64,000 nt of DNA from Bugula neritina (Eukaryota; Animalia; Bryozoa): assembly GCA_964035545.1 (NCBI GenBank), contig OZ037769.1, forward strand, positions 8,909,929 through 8,973,928, read 5' to 3'. Position numbers and translations under genes: made by a program. Numbering within the stretch: the first letter of the stretch is position 1; each line of letters opens with the position of its first letter. Below the pieces are notes generated by a model. It was not told where the DNA came from and ran no database searches. It was given only the letters and a program-made list of their open reading frames with translations. Shown here piece by piece: positions 46,204 through 59,800 of the stretch.

Positions 46204-47537
46204 AGGATATATTTGTGTATTTTGTTCCTGAAAATATAATATGTGACATATACAATATATCATAAAAACTAGCAGCCTGGATTATTTATTGCCTTTTGTT
46301 GAAAAGACTATGATTTGATGACTTCAGATTTATTGTACCATTAGTTGCTATACTCTGGTCTTGTGACACCTTTCCAAGTACTGCAAACTAAGTGGCTAAT
46401 TTGTGCGGATTTCATAAACGTAAATTTTCTGCATAAAGAGTATACATGTACACCATCTTGTTCACTTACCATGCAGAAACAGATCCTGTATTATTATGAT
46501 AGTTGACTAAAGGCACTTGGAATTTAATTTTCACTAATTAAACTTGAACATATTCATACATGACATTTAGTTAGAAGAGTAGATGTTTCTAGTAAACTGA
46601 GAACCAGTGCACTGATATCACTACTACGCTGCGTGCTTTGTAGTATACTGAGTTCAAATAGAACTACTCATTTTCTGTACTAGAGGTCCAGGAATACCAA
46701 ATGTCATGTCTTCTAATAACATACAATGCAGTTCATATTAATTATACACCTGCCAGTAAACAATGCCTCAATACCAAACTTATTTAGAAATTAGAATTGC
46801 ACAAACTCATCTTAAAATTAATTTGTTTAAACTATATCTTCTTGGGGAGCATCAGGATATTGAGGTAATAATGAAATCTTAATGCCAGAGATTAGGAGTA
46901 AAAGGCAGTTTTGGGGATTAATAGAGATGTCAATGACACATTTATATATAAATTCCCTTAGTTTTCTATTTAAATAAGCATATGTGTGTTTGGTAAAACA
47001 ATAGCAATATCCATGGCCACGCAGCAATTAAACAGATAAAACATTCTATATAAGTCTAGTACAACTATCAAGTGCTCCAGAAATGCTCATTTATTAATGG
47101 AAATTCTTTAGAACTTATAAAAGGAGAATGAAAATTTACTGAAACTTTTGGAATGCTTCATAAACACTCAAATACATAAGACAGCTAAATATGCTACTAA
47201 ATCCATAAATTTTATTTTAAGTAAAGGAAAACTCCACAGTAGTTTGTAATTATCTCAACTTTATAACCAGTAGCACCTGAAGCTGCAGGAAAGTTAAGCT
47301 GAATATTTATCAATTTTCTTCAAGAGATATGTAATAGCAAAATTTACAGCACCGTGAATATAAAAATTAGACAGATATTCACTTTAATAAAAGAAAACAA
47401 CTCAAGTTGAGCAAACTGCTTCTACAACTCTTAGCAACTAGTTACAGTCTAAAGATTTTACGTTTCACTGTAGACTACTTATTAGCAAAAAGCAAGTACT
47501 ACTGAGCTTTGTGAAGCACTCTGCTTCAATTACAGCC

Positions 47538-48076
47538 TCAATCATCTAAACTTTGCTGTAGTTTTGCTATAATTTTGAGAGTGAAGAAATGTTGGTATTG
47601 CGCAGGCAAAGTGCTGAGTGTTTTAATGGCTTTGTCAACCCCTTGTTGTGCTCTCGCTGCCGGCATCAGGTCCTTGTTGCCGTAGACATCTCTGCTGTCA
47701 TAGAAGGAGGCATCCAGGTTCTTCCAGAACACATTCACCGCTACACTGAAGTCTCTAGCCTTGACATTGTGAAACCACAGAGCTGCAAGTACAGTCAGTG
47801 TATCAGAGTAAAAGGTAATGTATTATTCATCATATTATACAATATACTATCTACAGGGTATTGCTCACCACGTACATACACTCTAGCATGTTATAACAGT
47901 ACTCTACACAATACATACCAAATGCTGAAGTGCACTATGAATGCACTCTGATATGAAATGCAGAAATGAAAAATAATATTTCCAAATGAAAAAGACTTTG
48001 GTGGAAGAGTACTTTGTCTTTATGACAGCAGTAAGACGAACTGATCCTGATTGGTAATCTAAGACCAACATTTTGT

Positions 48077-48114
<38 letters not shown>

Positions 48115-51100
48115 TATTACATATCACGAACATGACAACACGTTGCAAAATTCAGTGTAAATACTGGCTATAATAAGTAGGAATGAACAAAAATAAGAGA
48201 AAAAAAAAATCAAAACTCTGTTGGATTATTTAAAATAGAAGCTCATTTAAAGTATTTACAAGATGTCGCAAGAAGCTATCTCTGCCCCATGCCCCTCTAT
48301 ATTTGATGGTTCGATATCTTCCAGAAGGGCATTGACTCAGAAAGTTATTGATGAAATGGTCATTGTCTATTATATATTTGATGGCAAGTTCTTTAGTGAG
48401 TTTCTGAATGTGCAAATCAATGTTTAGATACTCAATTCCGAGTTTTGAGCAATCTTTGAGAATTCTTCGAATAGCCTTTTTATCACTGGCATAGATACAA
48501 GTAAAAATAGTAGGTAGACAATAGGCGATGCGGGACATGATGAAACTTTTGAATAACATATTTGCTAGAGGTTTAGAGCTAAGATTCGCAAAATTCTTCA
48601 CAATATACATTCTTCTTGATACTGTTGTTACTACTGATTGTACATGTTCATGAAATCTCAAATTTTGATCCACTAACACACCAAGATATCTCACTTTTTC
48701 AGACAATACAATGTTTGTTTCATTCAATACAAGAGTAGGGGTATGAGGTTTCGCACGTTGGGTTGAGAACATCATTTCTTGGGTCTTGCTAGGGTTTAAT
48801 AATAGATTTAAATCGTCACATTGCTTAGAAATTCTTTTAATCTCGTCAAAGTAAATATTTAGATCAGAGTGTTTGCCAATGCAGCCAATAATGCAAGTGT
48901 CATCTGCATATTTAACTACAGTGATGTTGCTCTGGCTTGAGGTAATCCTATTAGTGTAGATAGAAAACAATAGTGGAGATAAACAGCACCCTTGGGGAGT
49001 TCCTGTGTTAGTTATGATTGGATTTGATGTTATGCCATCCACTACTGTGCGCTGTACTCTGTTTGTAAGAAAGCTGTAAATCCACTCAGTAACATTGGAG
49101 TCAAGATGAGTTAGTTGCGTAATGAGGTCTGGAATAGATATAGTATTGAATGCAGAAGAGAAGTCTAGAAAGAGGCACCTTGCGTAATTGGATGCTTTCT
49201 TATCAATGAAACTTGTCACAGTAGTAGTTAGACATAACAGGGCATCTGATGCAATGGACTGCACCTGGCGTGTACCTCATCAGTCACGTTACTTTATGTA
49301 TTTGTTTAGCAGCAGTTGTGAACTCAGCTTACTATATTTGAAAATTTGAACAAGTGTACATGTGGAACACATTACAACATCAATAAATTGAATAAAACTT
49401 GAATCAGCACAGCTATTAAGAAGTAGTTAAGTAAACTGTGAACTTTTTCTATACGGACAGTAGAACTACAGAGGATACAGCACTTACCAGGTATATAGAT
49501 GATGTCACCAGGCTGGAGTGTAGCTCTGTAAGGACTCGTCTTGGAGTAAAGAGGATATTTCACAGGATCAACATTATCTGGGTCCAATATTGTGGATTTA
49601 TCACCTGCAAAGCACAATGCTGGTGAAAAGTTCAATTTTCTTCAAAATTCAGTTGACATAATTATTTTCTAGTGACTAGTCTCAATTACTATGCAACTCG
49701 TCCAGGGGCCGTATATAGGAAGCGTATCCAGGAGCCGTATATAGGGGGCCGTATATAGGAGGCCGTATATAGGGGGCCGTATATAGGGGGCCGTATATAG
49801 GGGGCCGTATATAGGGGGCCGTATATAGGGGGCCGTATATAGGGGGCCGTATATAGGGGGCCGTATATAGGGGGCCGTATATAGGGGGCCGTATATAGGG
49901 GGCCGTATATAGGGGGCCGTATATAGGGGGCCGTATATAGGGGGCCGTATATAGGGGGCCGTATATAGGAGGCCACATCTGGCCCCAACTTCTGAGACTT
50001 GCAGTCTTCATAGTGAAACAGCAATGAAGACAACCAGGAGCGACTTAAAAGTTCTACACTGTTCAAATTGATTGCCGATTGTATTCTCTATATATAAAAT
50101 GTAAGTTTCTAATGTTTCAAATAAAAATTCATTTGCATGGAATGATGCACCTACCACGCATGTACAAATATGGATAATCTTCAGGAGGGAAAAGTAGTAT
50201 GTCTTTAGAGCCCACAACTTGTATTAGTAAGTTGTCCATCACCTGCAGCAAAAGGAACACACAACACAAGATGAGGCATGAAGTGTAAATGAAATTGTTT
50301 AACTACACATCATAATACCTGATATTAGATGAATAGCATGTGTCTGCTGTTTACAAGTCACACTAAATTTGAAACTGCAATATCATAAAACTAGGCCGAT
50401 ATTCTCCATCTACTCTATGCTATCTATACTCACTACAATATAACAGGTGTGGAAGTGATAAACTTTACAGTTGCTACCATTTGCTAGTCTAGAATAAGAG
50501 CAATAATTTACAGGGGTGGGTAGAGAAATAATGTGAGGCTGCATGATCTGTAACAAAAAATGCATAGGCCTATATAATGATATAAAATGCATCAAAACTA
50601 TATCAACTTTATAAAATCCCAGGTTTATATATTTACTTATATAAAGTAATAACACAACTCACGTCGTAATGTGTCCACAGCTGAGAACATGGGGAGGCAA
50701 TCCTTAATACTGAAGAAAAGAACTGCTTTTCAAGGAAAACTTGAGGTAAAATCAAGTCTTTAGCGATCTGTGATAAAGCCAAATGAAAAATTCAATTTTA
50801 ACTCATATTGAGCACAATATTGGTGTAGGCTATTTGAAATATTTGAAATTGATCTACAAATATTAATAAGAATATCTCTTGTCGGATTCGGTTGATGTAG
50901 GCCAGAGGTGTCCAACCTTCTCAGAGTGAGGGCAAATGGAAAATTGCAGTGGCGAGGACCACTTTGTAAGATTTAACCTGAACTGGGGGCCAACATTGTT
51001 TCTCAAACATTTAATTCCAAATTCATATAAATTATTACACAATAAAGACCTAATAATTATTGCACACTGCAAGTTTTGTAGCATGTATATAAATAAGGCA

Positions 51101-52670
51101 TTTAAAAGGTGGACAGAAAAGAGAGAGATAAGGATTTAAAAGGTGGCTTTTCCATTTTAATTCATATATATGTGCAAATTAATTTTATTAGTTATGCTTT
51201 TGAGAGCCATGTAGACTGGACTGTAAACTGGGAACTTTTTTCAGCAGAGGTATAAACGAAACTTAGGGGATATCTAGTCACTGTTTTGCGGATAATTCAG
51301 CTCTCAATAAATACCTGCTGATGCTGTTCATGAATGTTTGCGGTGTCCTTTCTAACATCCTCACCCAGTGAACGCAGATAGTATTTCTCATGGGGGTCTA
51401 TGAAGTAGTCCTCCAATGGCTGCCCAATTGGCCGAGAACTTCTACGAATGTATTCCCGAAACTCCAGTGTTCTGTATACAAAGAATTTTATATGTTAGCA
51501 AGTTAAAAAAATTATTACAGGATCCTAAAAATCATCATAAAACAAATTTTCAAATTTTATACAGTCCAGTAATATTCTCCAGTGCAAACTCACACAAGCT
51601 TATAGTCACCAGCCTTGTGAGAAAACCCCTGATGGAAAGAGGTTTTTGTTAAATCGGGCTAAAGACTTATTCAGATGGGGCACAGGAGCAATTATGAGTG
51701 GCTTCCTTACATCACCAATGGCCTTCGTTGGAGCTCGAACCCATGACTTGATGCTTACTAGGCAAATGCTCTAACCCATAGACCTCGGCTGCTCCCTAAT
51801 ATTCTCCAATGCAAATCATTTTTTTAGAAATGGTGACCTTGGCTTGAAAACACAACAAAAGCTACTCACTTGTACTGAAAGTTTTTTGTAATAAAATCAA
51901 GTTTTTCCTCTGCACATACATGAACTGTAGCTTTAGCATCCCCAAGAGATTCTGCAAGATATTCTGCATTCCATTTGTTAGTGCATGCACCAATATCAAC
52001 TCCCCGAAATATCTTGGGCACCCTCTGAAAAACAATCGAGAAATGCAAGATCTTGCTAGCTATTAGCTATTATTAGTCATTTCTGAGGTGTTGTAAAGGA
52101 GAAACTACAGCTGTCTAGATCAGTGGAAAATGAAGGAGAAATCGAAAAAGGTTTCTAGACAAGAGAAATTCAACACAACAATATTAGCAGATCATTTGAA
52201 ACGCCTTTACTCCACAGAGTACAGCTTTATAGCGGATAGATAAGATATCAGTAAAATGGCAACACTTTCATATGTAGCATAGCAGTGGTAAATAATACTT
52301 AGTTGAATGCAGATTCTTTAAACTAGAACAATACAGTGCTCCCTTCATATCTCACGAATCCTTTCTCACGAAATTCCATAGGTTATGAGAAGGGTGTGGA
52401 CCCCGCTTTGTGACGTTTGCATGTGTGTATAGACAACATAGCCCACGTTAATGGGTCCGCGAGGTAAATCTGGTATTCTATGTCTCAAATTGAGGCTTTG
52501 GGACAGTAGCTTAGCGAGATACGGAGAGAGCACTGTACCTATAATGTTCTAGAAGACAAGGTTAAATGTATGAAACTGTTACTCACCATCTCTTCGGTGT
52601 GACTATCAAAGAATTGCTTATCTAGTTTGTGAGTGCAAACAATAGGAACAGCTTGAACAGCAGCAGCCAT
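47538..52670 (-). CDS. TYW5: tRNA wybutosine-synthesizing protein 5 (JmjC hydroxylase). Exons approx. 52587-52670, 51870-52024, 51316-51472, 50663-50767, 50155-50242, 49488-49604, 47538-47782
   Basis: [11 protein letters not shown]; [17 protein letters not shown]; [20 protein letters not shown]|[11 protein letters not shown]; [11 protein letters not shown]|LWFHNV; [14 protein letters not shown]. Includes the HxD...H iron triad. Confidence 0.95.
48077..49270 (-). mobile_element. 5'-truncated non-LTR retrotransposon (CR1-group, Rex/Babar-like); RT ORF 48230-49264 and (AATC)n tail
   Basis: [36 protein letters not shown] and C-terminal PSGRYR motifs; 3' AATAAA followed by a (TCAA)n tail at 48077-48113; no endonuclease domain. 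Confidence 0.93.
49704..49974. repeat. 15-bp G-rich minisatellite (ggccgtatatagggg)n
   Basis: About 18 copies in a TYW5 intron; source of the spurious [10 protein letters not shown] ORFs. Confidence 0.97.
51612..51797 (-). mobile_element. tRNA-derived SINE, copy 2
   Basis: Homologous to 17170-17356; gggagcagccgaggtctatgggttagagc...gggttcgagctcc on the minus strand. Confidence 0.85.
52334..52535. mobile_element. Tc1/mariner-type MITE with TA target-site duplication
   Basis: TA|cagtgctcccttcatatctcac ... gcgagatacggagagagcactg|TA. Confidence 0.85.
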
Positions 52671-53158
52671 TATCTAATGTCTGAAAATTAGAGACAAACA
52701 ATTGCTCTGCAGGGCTCAAACACCACAACGGTGATGCATTATTTAACTTTTTTAATTATCCACATGGTACTGTGCATATGCTAACAAAAAAAAGGCTGTG
52801 CAAATTAGCAACCTTCTGAAACATTTTTTCATCTTTATATTACATATTAGCCTTATTTAAGAGAGTTTGTTCGATGTACTTGTTATCTCATTTTCAACAC
52901 ATTGAAAGAAGCAAAATTTTATCATATTTTTTCTGAATATGTTTATTAACATCAAATTATTTGTTTTAAAGCAATTTTAACTAATAATCTTATAGTCATT
53001 ACTGCTGCAGTATGTTTTACATCATTAATAAACATTATAAAAGAAAATATATTATATACAAAACATTCTCTTGATTATAAAGCACAATGAAAATCTATCA
53101 ATGAAACCAAGTTTAGCCATTTAAAAATATTTAGATGATCCTGTCAGGTCAATGTTAT

Positions 53159-53785
53159 TTACATAAAATCATCAGAATCTTCATTAGCATCTTGGTTAGT
53201 CATCATGTTTTCAGTTTTCATGAGACTGTTGTAACTCCTCCTTTCAGCTTCTTCTTCTTTCAAGGCTGCAGCTTCTCGCTCAGCTTTACGCCTCATCCTT
53301 TCCTGCTCCTTAGCCTTTTCCCTTTCCTTTTGATCTCTCTCTTCCCTCAAAGCTCTTAAATCAGGTTTTAAATCCTCTTTAGTTTTATTCAACCTATTGA
53401 CAATTTCATTAATTCTTTTTTCTACATGAGCTTTTCTAACTTCTTTTTGTTTATGAAATCCAACTTGTCCAACATCCATGCTAGCAGTTTTTTTCAAATT
53501 GTCGAACATAGTATATACAATGTCAATATTGTTGGATTTATTTCCTTGAATGCTATTGGCTTTGACCAATTGTAAGCAATCGGTGAGAACAGCTTCTGGT
53601 ATGTCATCCAGAGTTTCTCCAGGCTTCAATCGAAGGTACACGTGGGCAGATGACAATTTATCAACGTGGAACCACACATCTTCTGGAAATGCCCATTTTA
53701 AAAGCTCCTCGTTTTCGTGTTTATCTTCCCCCATGTATATATTGTAAGCAGGTGTTACAACATTACTTTTAAAATATAACACCAT
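53159..53785 (-). CDS. CCDC25: Coiled-coil domain-containing protein 25 (NFACT-R domain), intronless CDS
   Basis: 208-aa [73 protein letters not shown]. Confidence 0.97.
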   Translation of the reverse strand: MVLYFKSNVVTPAYNIYMGEDKHENEELLKWAFPEDVWFHVDKLSSAHVYLRLKPGETLDDIPEAVLTDCLQLVKANSIQGNKSNNIDIVYTMFDNLKKTASMDVGQVGFHKQKEVRKAHVEKRINEIVNRLNKTKEDLKPDLRALREERDQKEREKAKEQERMRRKAEREAAALKEEEAERRSYNSLMKTENMMTNQDANEDSDDFM

Positions 53786-55483
53786 CTAAAAATAATAATT
53801 TAATATTTCCTGAGATAGTATAAAGTACTATAATAACTGTAGCTACTTTGATGAAATGGATGCAATAGCAAAGTGTCCTCACAGTTTATTAAACTGCAGT
53901 ATTTCAACATGTGCTTTAAACAACTATACTCATTATGCACACAAGAAAATTTAAATTATATAATTTTGTAAGCTAAGATGTTGATGGTGTTATTAAAACT
54001 AGTAATATTTAATTAAATTTATCAGTTATATCAATTTTTTAGCATTACCCAGACTACTTCAATTATTGTTTTCTGAAAATGGATAATTATTTTTAAAATA
54101 ACAATATTTTAGAAATGACCAGAGAGCTTTATTATTATTAAAATAATAATGTGCTACAGTGATGACAACACAAACTGACAAAATTTGAAGATCCTCAACC
54201 ACCTAGCACCTTTTTTTACATAACTGGAATGCTTGGAACTTATTCATTATTGCCAACAAAACTTCTATACACTGTACAAATATATTTTATATTAGAAAAA
54301 AATTGCCATCAAAAATTCTGTTTAGCATTACACTGCATTATGCACTTGAATGACACTTTTGTCTAACTGTAAAGACACATTCAATTTTTAGAGTACATGA
54401 TACTTTCAGATAAAAAATAGGTAATTTTCAAGCTTCATAATAATATGTAAATGTGCTATGTGAAGACCTTAAACTATAGACACTAATAGATTACGTATGC
54501 AAAGTAACTATGGGAAAAGGGCATCATTGAGGAGGTTGCTAGCTTATTTGACTATGTATATAGAAACAAATGAAAAAAGTTATAAAAATGTTTGGTAAAT
54601 TTAGGAACGAAATAAAGACTGTTGGCAATCAATGATTTGCGTAATTTGCAAAACATCGTTTTAAATGACCTGGCCATGGTGCAGAGAACCATTAAAATAA
54701 GCCACTCCGAGTGGCAGGGGAGTTTAGAAGATTGTATATCATAAAATACACTACATGCTGATGAAACTTTAGTACAGTCGTTACCACTGTACGCCCACCT
54801 CATTTATGCTACCTTAATGACAATTTTTCAATTCAAGCAAAGCTTATTATCTGGTAGACTTGAAGCAATATAAAACCGGTATAAAAAGTCACTAACAATA
54901 CTTATACTAATAGTGACATAATATTACTTGATTATCATAATGACAATGATAATCAAAGTGATTATGTCTCATGATGATATTGATATTTATCAACTATCAT
55001 TATGATTATCACTATCATTAGATAATCAATTGTAAATGATGTAAGTAGTTATTAGAATAAGTATTACTTATCAATTATTATAAATACATATTTATCTTAA
55101 TACTAATAATTATATTAACCTCAAATTTATAGCAATAATTATACAGTTATACTTATTTCTATATACTTATATTAATATTGATACTAAAAGTAAAAGAAAT
55201 ACACTAATTTATTAGTAATACAGTAATAACTACTATGAATATCTATACTACTAATAGTAATACTAAAAGTAGTCGTAGATGTAATACTAATAGTAATACT
55301 AACAGTAATACTTATAATTATAATATTACTAATAGTAATAATATTTTCCAATTACTGTTAGTATTACTATTACTATTAGTATCAGTAATACTAACACTTA
55401 TAGCTTTATGCTTAGCTTAAGTATACGTTTTACTGTTAGATAACTATTAATCACATGTAAAAATAATATTATTAATCCTACTC

Positions 55484-55617
55484 ATAGTAAAGCTTGCAAC
55501 CCAATTAATTATAGTGACCACCATTATCATAATCAGTGATTATCATTATTATTATGGTATTGATAATGATGATCATCATTATGATTATATCATTATTTAG
55601 GTTGCAAGCTTTACTAT
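55484..55617. repeat. Small inverted-repeat element with 18-bp perfect TIR (atagtaaagcttgcaacc)
   Basis: Arms at 55484-55501 and 55600-55617 around an atc/gat-rich interior. Confidence 0.75.
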
Positions 55618-56813
55618 TCTGATACTGGTAGATTAATAATAAAACTATAACTTTAAGTATTAGAATTGGTAACACTAAGTAGTAAGTATATCACTATATG
55701 CGTAATACTAATAATAATACTATTACTAATAGTAATACAATAAAATGAAACTGTAAGTGTTAGTGTAAACTGCAGTGACTCAAACTATGAGTATGAACAT
55801 GATATTGAGTATGAAACGTGTATGAACTCAGAACTGTAAGTGTATGACTATGAGTATCAGCAAATGCAATCACAATGGTTACAATAAATATAATGAATAA
55901 ATAAATATAATTACAATATTAATTAAACTTAATCATTATAATCATACTCATTTTGATTTAGTCATTTACAATAATACTTTCATTTTTAATAGGTTATACT
56001 TATAGGGAAAGTAATTATGAGGATGATGTGTATGAACAATAGTTACAATAAATATAATACTCATTTACACTTTTGCAATAACTGATAAGTGAAACCCATA
56101 ACCATAATGAACCTGAGGGAAGAAGTGAGGTAGTAGAAAATCAAAATGGATTGAAACAACGCAAATTTGTTGGTCACCAAGTGCAGTGGCTCAGAGGGGA
56201 TTTCGAGTTTGGAGTTCAAAGTTCGAACAACAATAGTCTATGGAAACATTGCCTTTAATGACTGCAGATTAGATGCTGCACCTAGCGATTTTTGTAGTAG
56301 TACTAGTTGTGTAGCCTGTGAGTTAATCTTATATCTTTACATTGAGGGTAGGTGTAATAGTTATAATAGTAAAATATCGAATGTCGGTCGAGTAGAATGT
56401 CAAAAGCTGACGTTATCTGAACTCCATAGTTTAAAAAGAAGGCCCCTGAAATAACTATATCATTTTACATATTACGATTCTAATTCTAACTAAAGATTAT
56501 TTTAATGTGACACCTTCCCGTTCATTCATAAACTAGTATGGCTTAAGTAAGAACCAAACAGGAAAAAACCGTTGTATATTAATAGTCGAGATTATAATTG
56601 AGTAACTACTACAGTTTCGGACTAACAATCTCTTTGAATGAAGAGTATTTTTAACATCCAATAGATCAACTGTCGATGCGATTGTGAACATCTAGTCATA
56701 AAATTATGATAATGATGATAATGGGAAGTCGATTGTAAAAATTATACTACTTGTGAAAATTGCTAGTTCTCAATAAACTCTATCGTGTGAAGTTACAGTG
56801 AAGAATTGACAAT

Positions 56814-59800
56814 ATGGCAAAACGTAGTTTAACTGATGTATTCCTTTTAATGCGTAATAATGCTATTCAAAACCGACACATGTACGCTGAATCGGTAAGG
56901 TTAAGATGAAGAGTTAGAGTAAGACTAACACTAACAGTAATAGTAATAGTATAGTAATAGTAATACTTTTAACAGTTACAGCAGCAATAGGCAATAGCAT
57001 CAGCTGTAAGTGTAACCCACTATTTACTAATTCTAAGTAATTAATTTAAATTTTATAAAATGAAATTCAAATTGATCTAAATTAAAATTTTAATTAATAT
57101 TAATCAGTATCCTCATCAGGCATCACTATGAGTATGATTATGATTATCATAACGGTAACTCTTGTTTTACTTGAAGTCAAAGTTGAATAAGTATTTATAT
57201 AAATAATATTATAATTATTATTTTAAGTACAAAATACAAGATATAAATATAATATTGATAATAATTATTATTATAATAATAATACTTATACAGTATTAGT
57301 ATACTGTATTAGTATAGGCCTACTTATTCTTAATACTAATAGTAGTACTAATACTAATAGTACTAATTATTAAGAAAATATTTACATAGTATTTTAAATA
57401 AATAAATGCAGTTGTTGCAGTTATTACTGAATACTTGTTTTTCTTATCGTTGTAGTTATTAAATTTGTTTTTAATATTTTGATTTTTTGGTTTTTTCATA
57501 ACTCAGCTGTTGTACTTGTAGTTGTACTCTTCTACTAGTACCATCGACCTAAGAGTAGGTTCACTAGCCAGGCTAGGCTGAGGTGGATAAAACTCTTCCC
57601 AGAGTGTTGACTTAAAATTAATTTTATCCTAGCAGAATTGTCTGTAAAACCAATGTTTTTTAATATAAATTTTAAGTTGCAATGAATGACTCTACTTTGA
57701 ATTTTCAACTGGTTTCATTCATTCTACAATCCTTTCTGTATGTAGACTCAGGATTTCTAATTACACAATAACTGTCAGTTTTACTGGCCACTAGGGGATA
57801 ATTTGCTGAAGTTTTCTAGTTTTTTTATATTTTCTGTATGTTTCTCCATCATCTGATAGTCATCAAGGATCACAATGCTGGTCATCATTGTTTGAAATAA
57901 TGGTTCCTCTGTTGCTGTATTTAATAACATCCAAAAGATTTTGTATGCTACCGTATTCTATTACTGACTCATCTATCTTTAATATTAATATTAAAATTGT
58001 ATTACTGTAGCTGTTCAATTATTTTTATATTTACTGACTTAACTACTATTTCTGAGAGTTGTAATAACGTAAATTCTAGTCGCTGTTACATTTATATTTT
58101 TAGCTAAAGCTCAACAATTGTTAATTGTGTAATATTGTAAAATATTTACAACTATTAAATTGCTATTGCTATTTCTTTTAGATAATAAGCTGAACTTAAA
58201 CTCATCCTTTATCCTTCTATTGGCATATCTTTGTTACTTATCCTAATTGGCTATCTTTAAAGCAGTAATAATTGTTATAATTTTGCTCATCTATAGATAT
58301 AATAATCACAACCTAGTTTAGTATAGAACTAGTATGTAATGATTTCGATAGAGCAATTTGCACTCTGCTGCCTATCGAAAAATAAAGGGCATTGTATCCC
58401 ATGATAACTGTTACTAGCAAATTTAAAGTAATTTTGTTATAAATTATGTAATTTTATAGTTATTGTTGGCTAAGTTTATTTTGATCTTATTTATTGTATA
58501 GTCTCGCCCTAATCAGCTAGTAGGAGGTTATGACTTGGTAAGTGAGCAATGCTCTGCATTTTTATTTCATTGAAATTATACAACTTCTAATAGTTAAAAG
58601 TAAATTTACCGGAAATGCTTCAATTCTGGTATACAAAACACAATCTTCTGCATTTGATTACCTAGCTTTGCTCAAAATGTTGAACACCACTCAGCAAAAT
58701 TAGCACTGTGTTTATTAATTTTCTAAATAAAGCAAACTTTTTAATATAAAGTATGTAAATGTGATGATTCCATTGTGTTGGTTGACTTAGTAGAACTACT
58801 AATAAAGGTGGTGTAGGTAATAGCTGCATGCTATATTTTACTAGAATTATGACGACAGGACGGCATTGGTTAGTTCGGATATTGAGTCTGGCTCTGTTAG
58901 TATCCATAAACATTCATCCCGTCCAGTATTGCCACCTGATTGGTAAGTCAGCTATACTTGCTGTAAACGTCTCTTAATTTTTTTTCAATTAGCAAAGTTT
59001 TTTAGATTGAGTATCCAATAATAACATCTTTGCTGTTTGACTGCGGGGTTATTTTGGTAATTGCCTATCTCTAACACTTCATGGGAAGTACTGCTTTTCC
59101 TCACAGGATTTTGCTTATATTGTTGTGTTGGTGAAAGTATATATTCAATTTTCTTGCTTGCAGTATCATGGTGAAAGTTTGTCAGCATATCACATGTATC
59201 ACTGGCAGCTGTAGTTGTAACTTACTGTTAGTAGTTGCAATATGCCTATTATATGCCTATAGTACTATTAGAGTTTGTATTAGTAATAGTGTATACATTA
59301 CATGCTTATACTAATATTAATTTTTGATATTAGTATCAATACACATTCACTATACATCAGTGCATCCTTATTGTAGGGTTGATAGCGTTGAAGAAGTTCA
59401 AAGACAAATACCAGAAATTAAAAAACAAAGTATGTTAATTATACGAGTATATACAGGAATACACTGGTTTTGCCTAATTTGTGCGATTTTCCTACATTTA
59501 ATATGATTCAACATTCGCTGATGTCTACTTATTGTATACATTGATGTCTACTCATTGTGTACATTGATGTCTACTCATTGTATGCATTGATGTCTACTCA
59601 TTGTGTACACTGATGTCTACCCATTCTAGTAACCGAATTGAATTCTCTACACACAAGACACCTGAATAGACCCTCTCTGGACGATAGTATCGATGATGAG
59701 CAGACCATAGACCAAATGACAAACCACATTACCAAAGTAAGTTCTCATTGAGCTCCACTCTCACTAAAACATTTAAAAGGCAGATTTTGGGCTATTCATT

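Noticed and set aside
50900-51080. hAT-like MITE end (cagaggtgtccaacc)
   Set aside because: No matching second TIR or TSD found.
19026-52670. tRNA-modification gene cluster (THUMPD3 and TYW5)
   Set aside because: More than 20 kb apart and separated by unrelated genes; likely coincidence.
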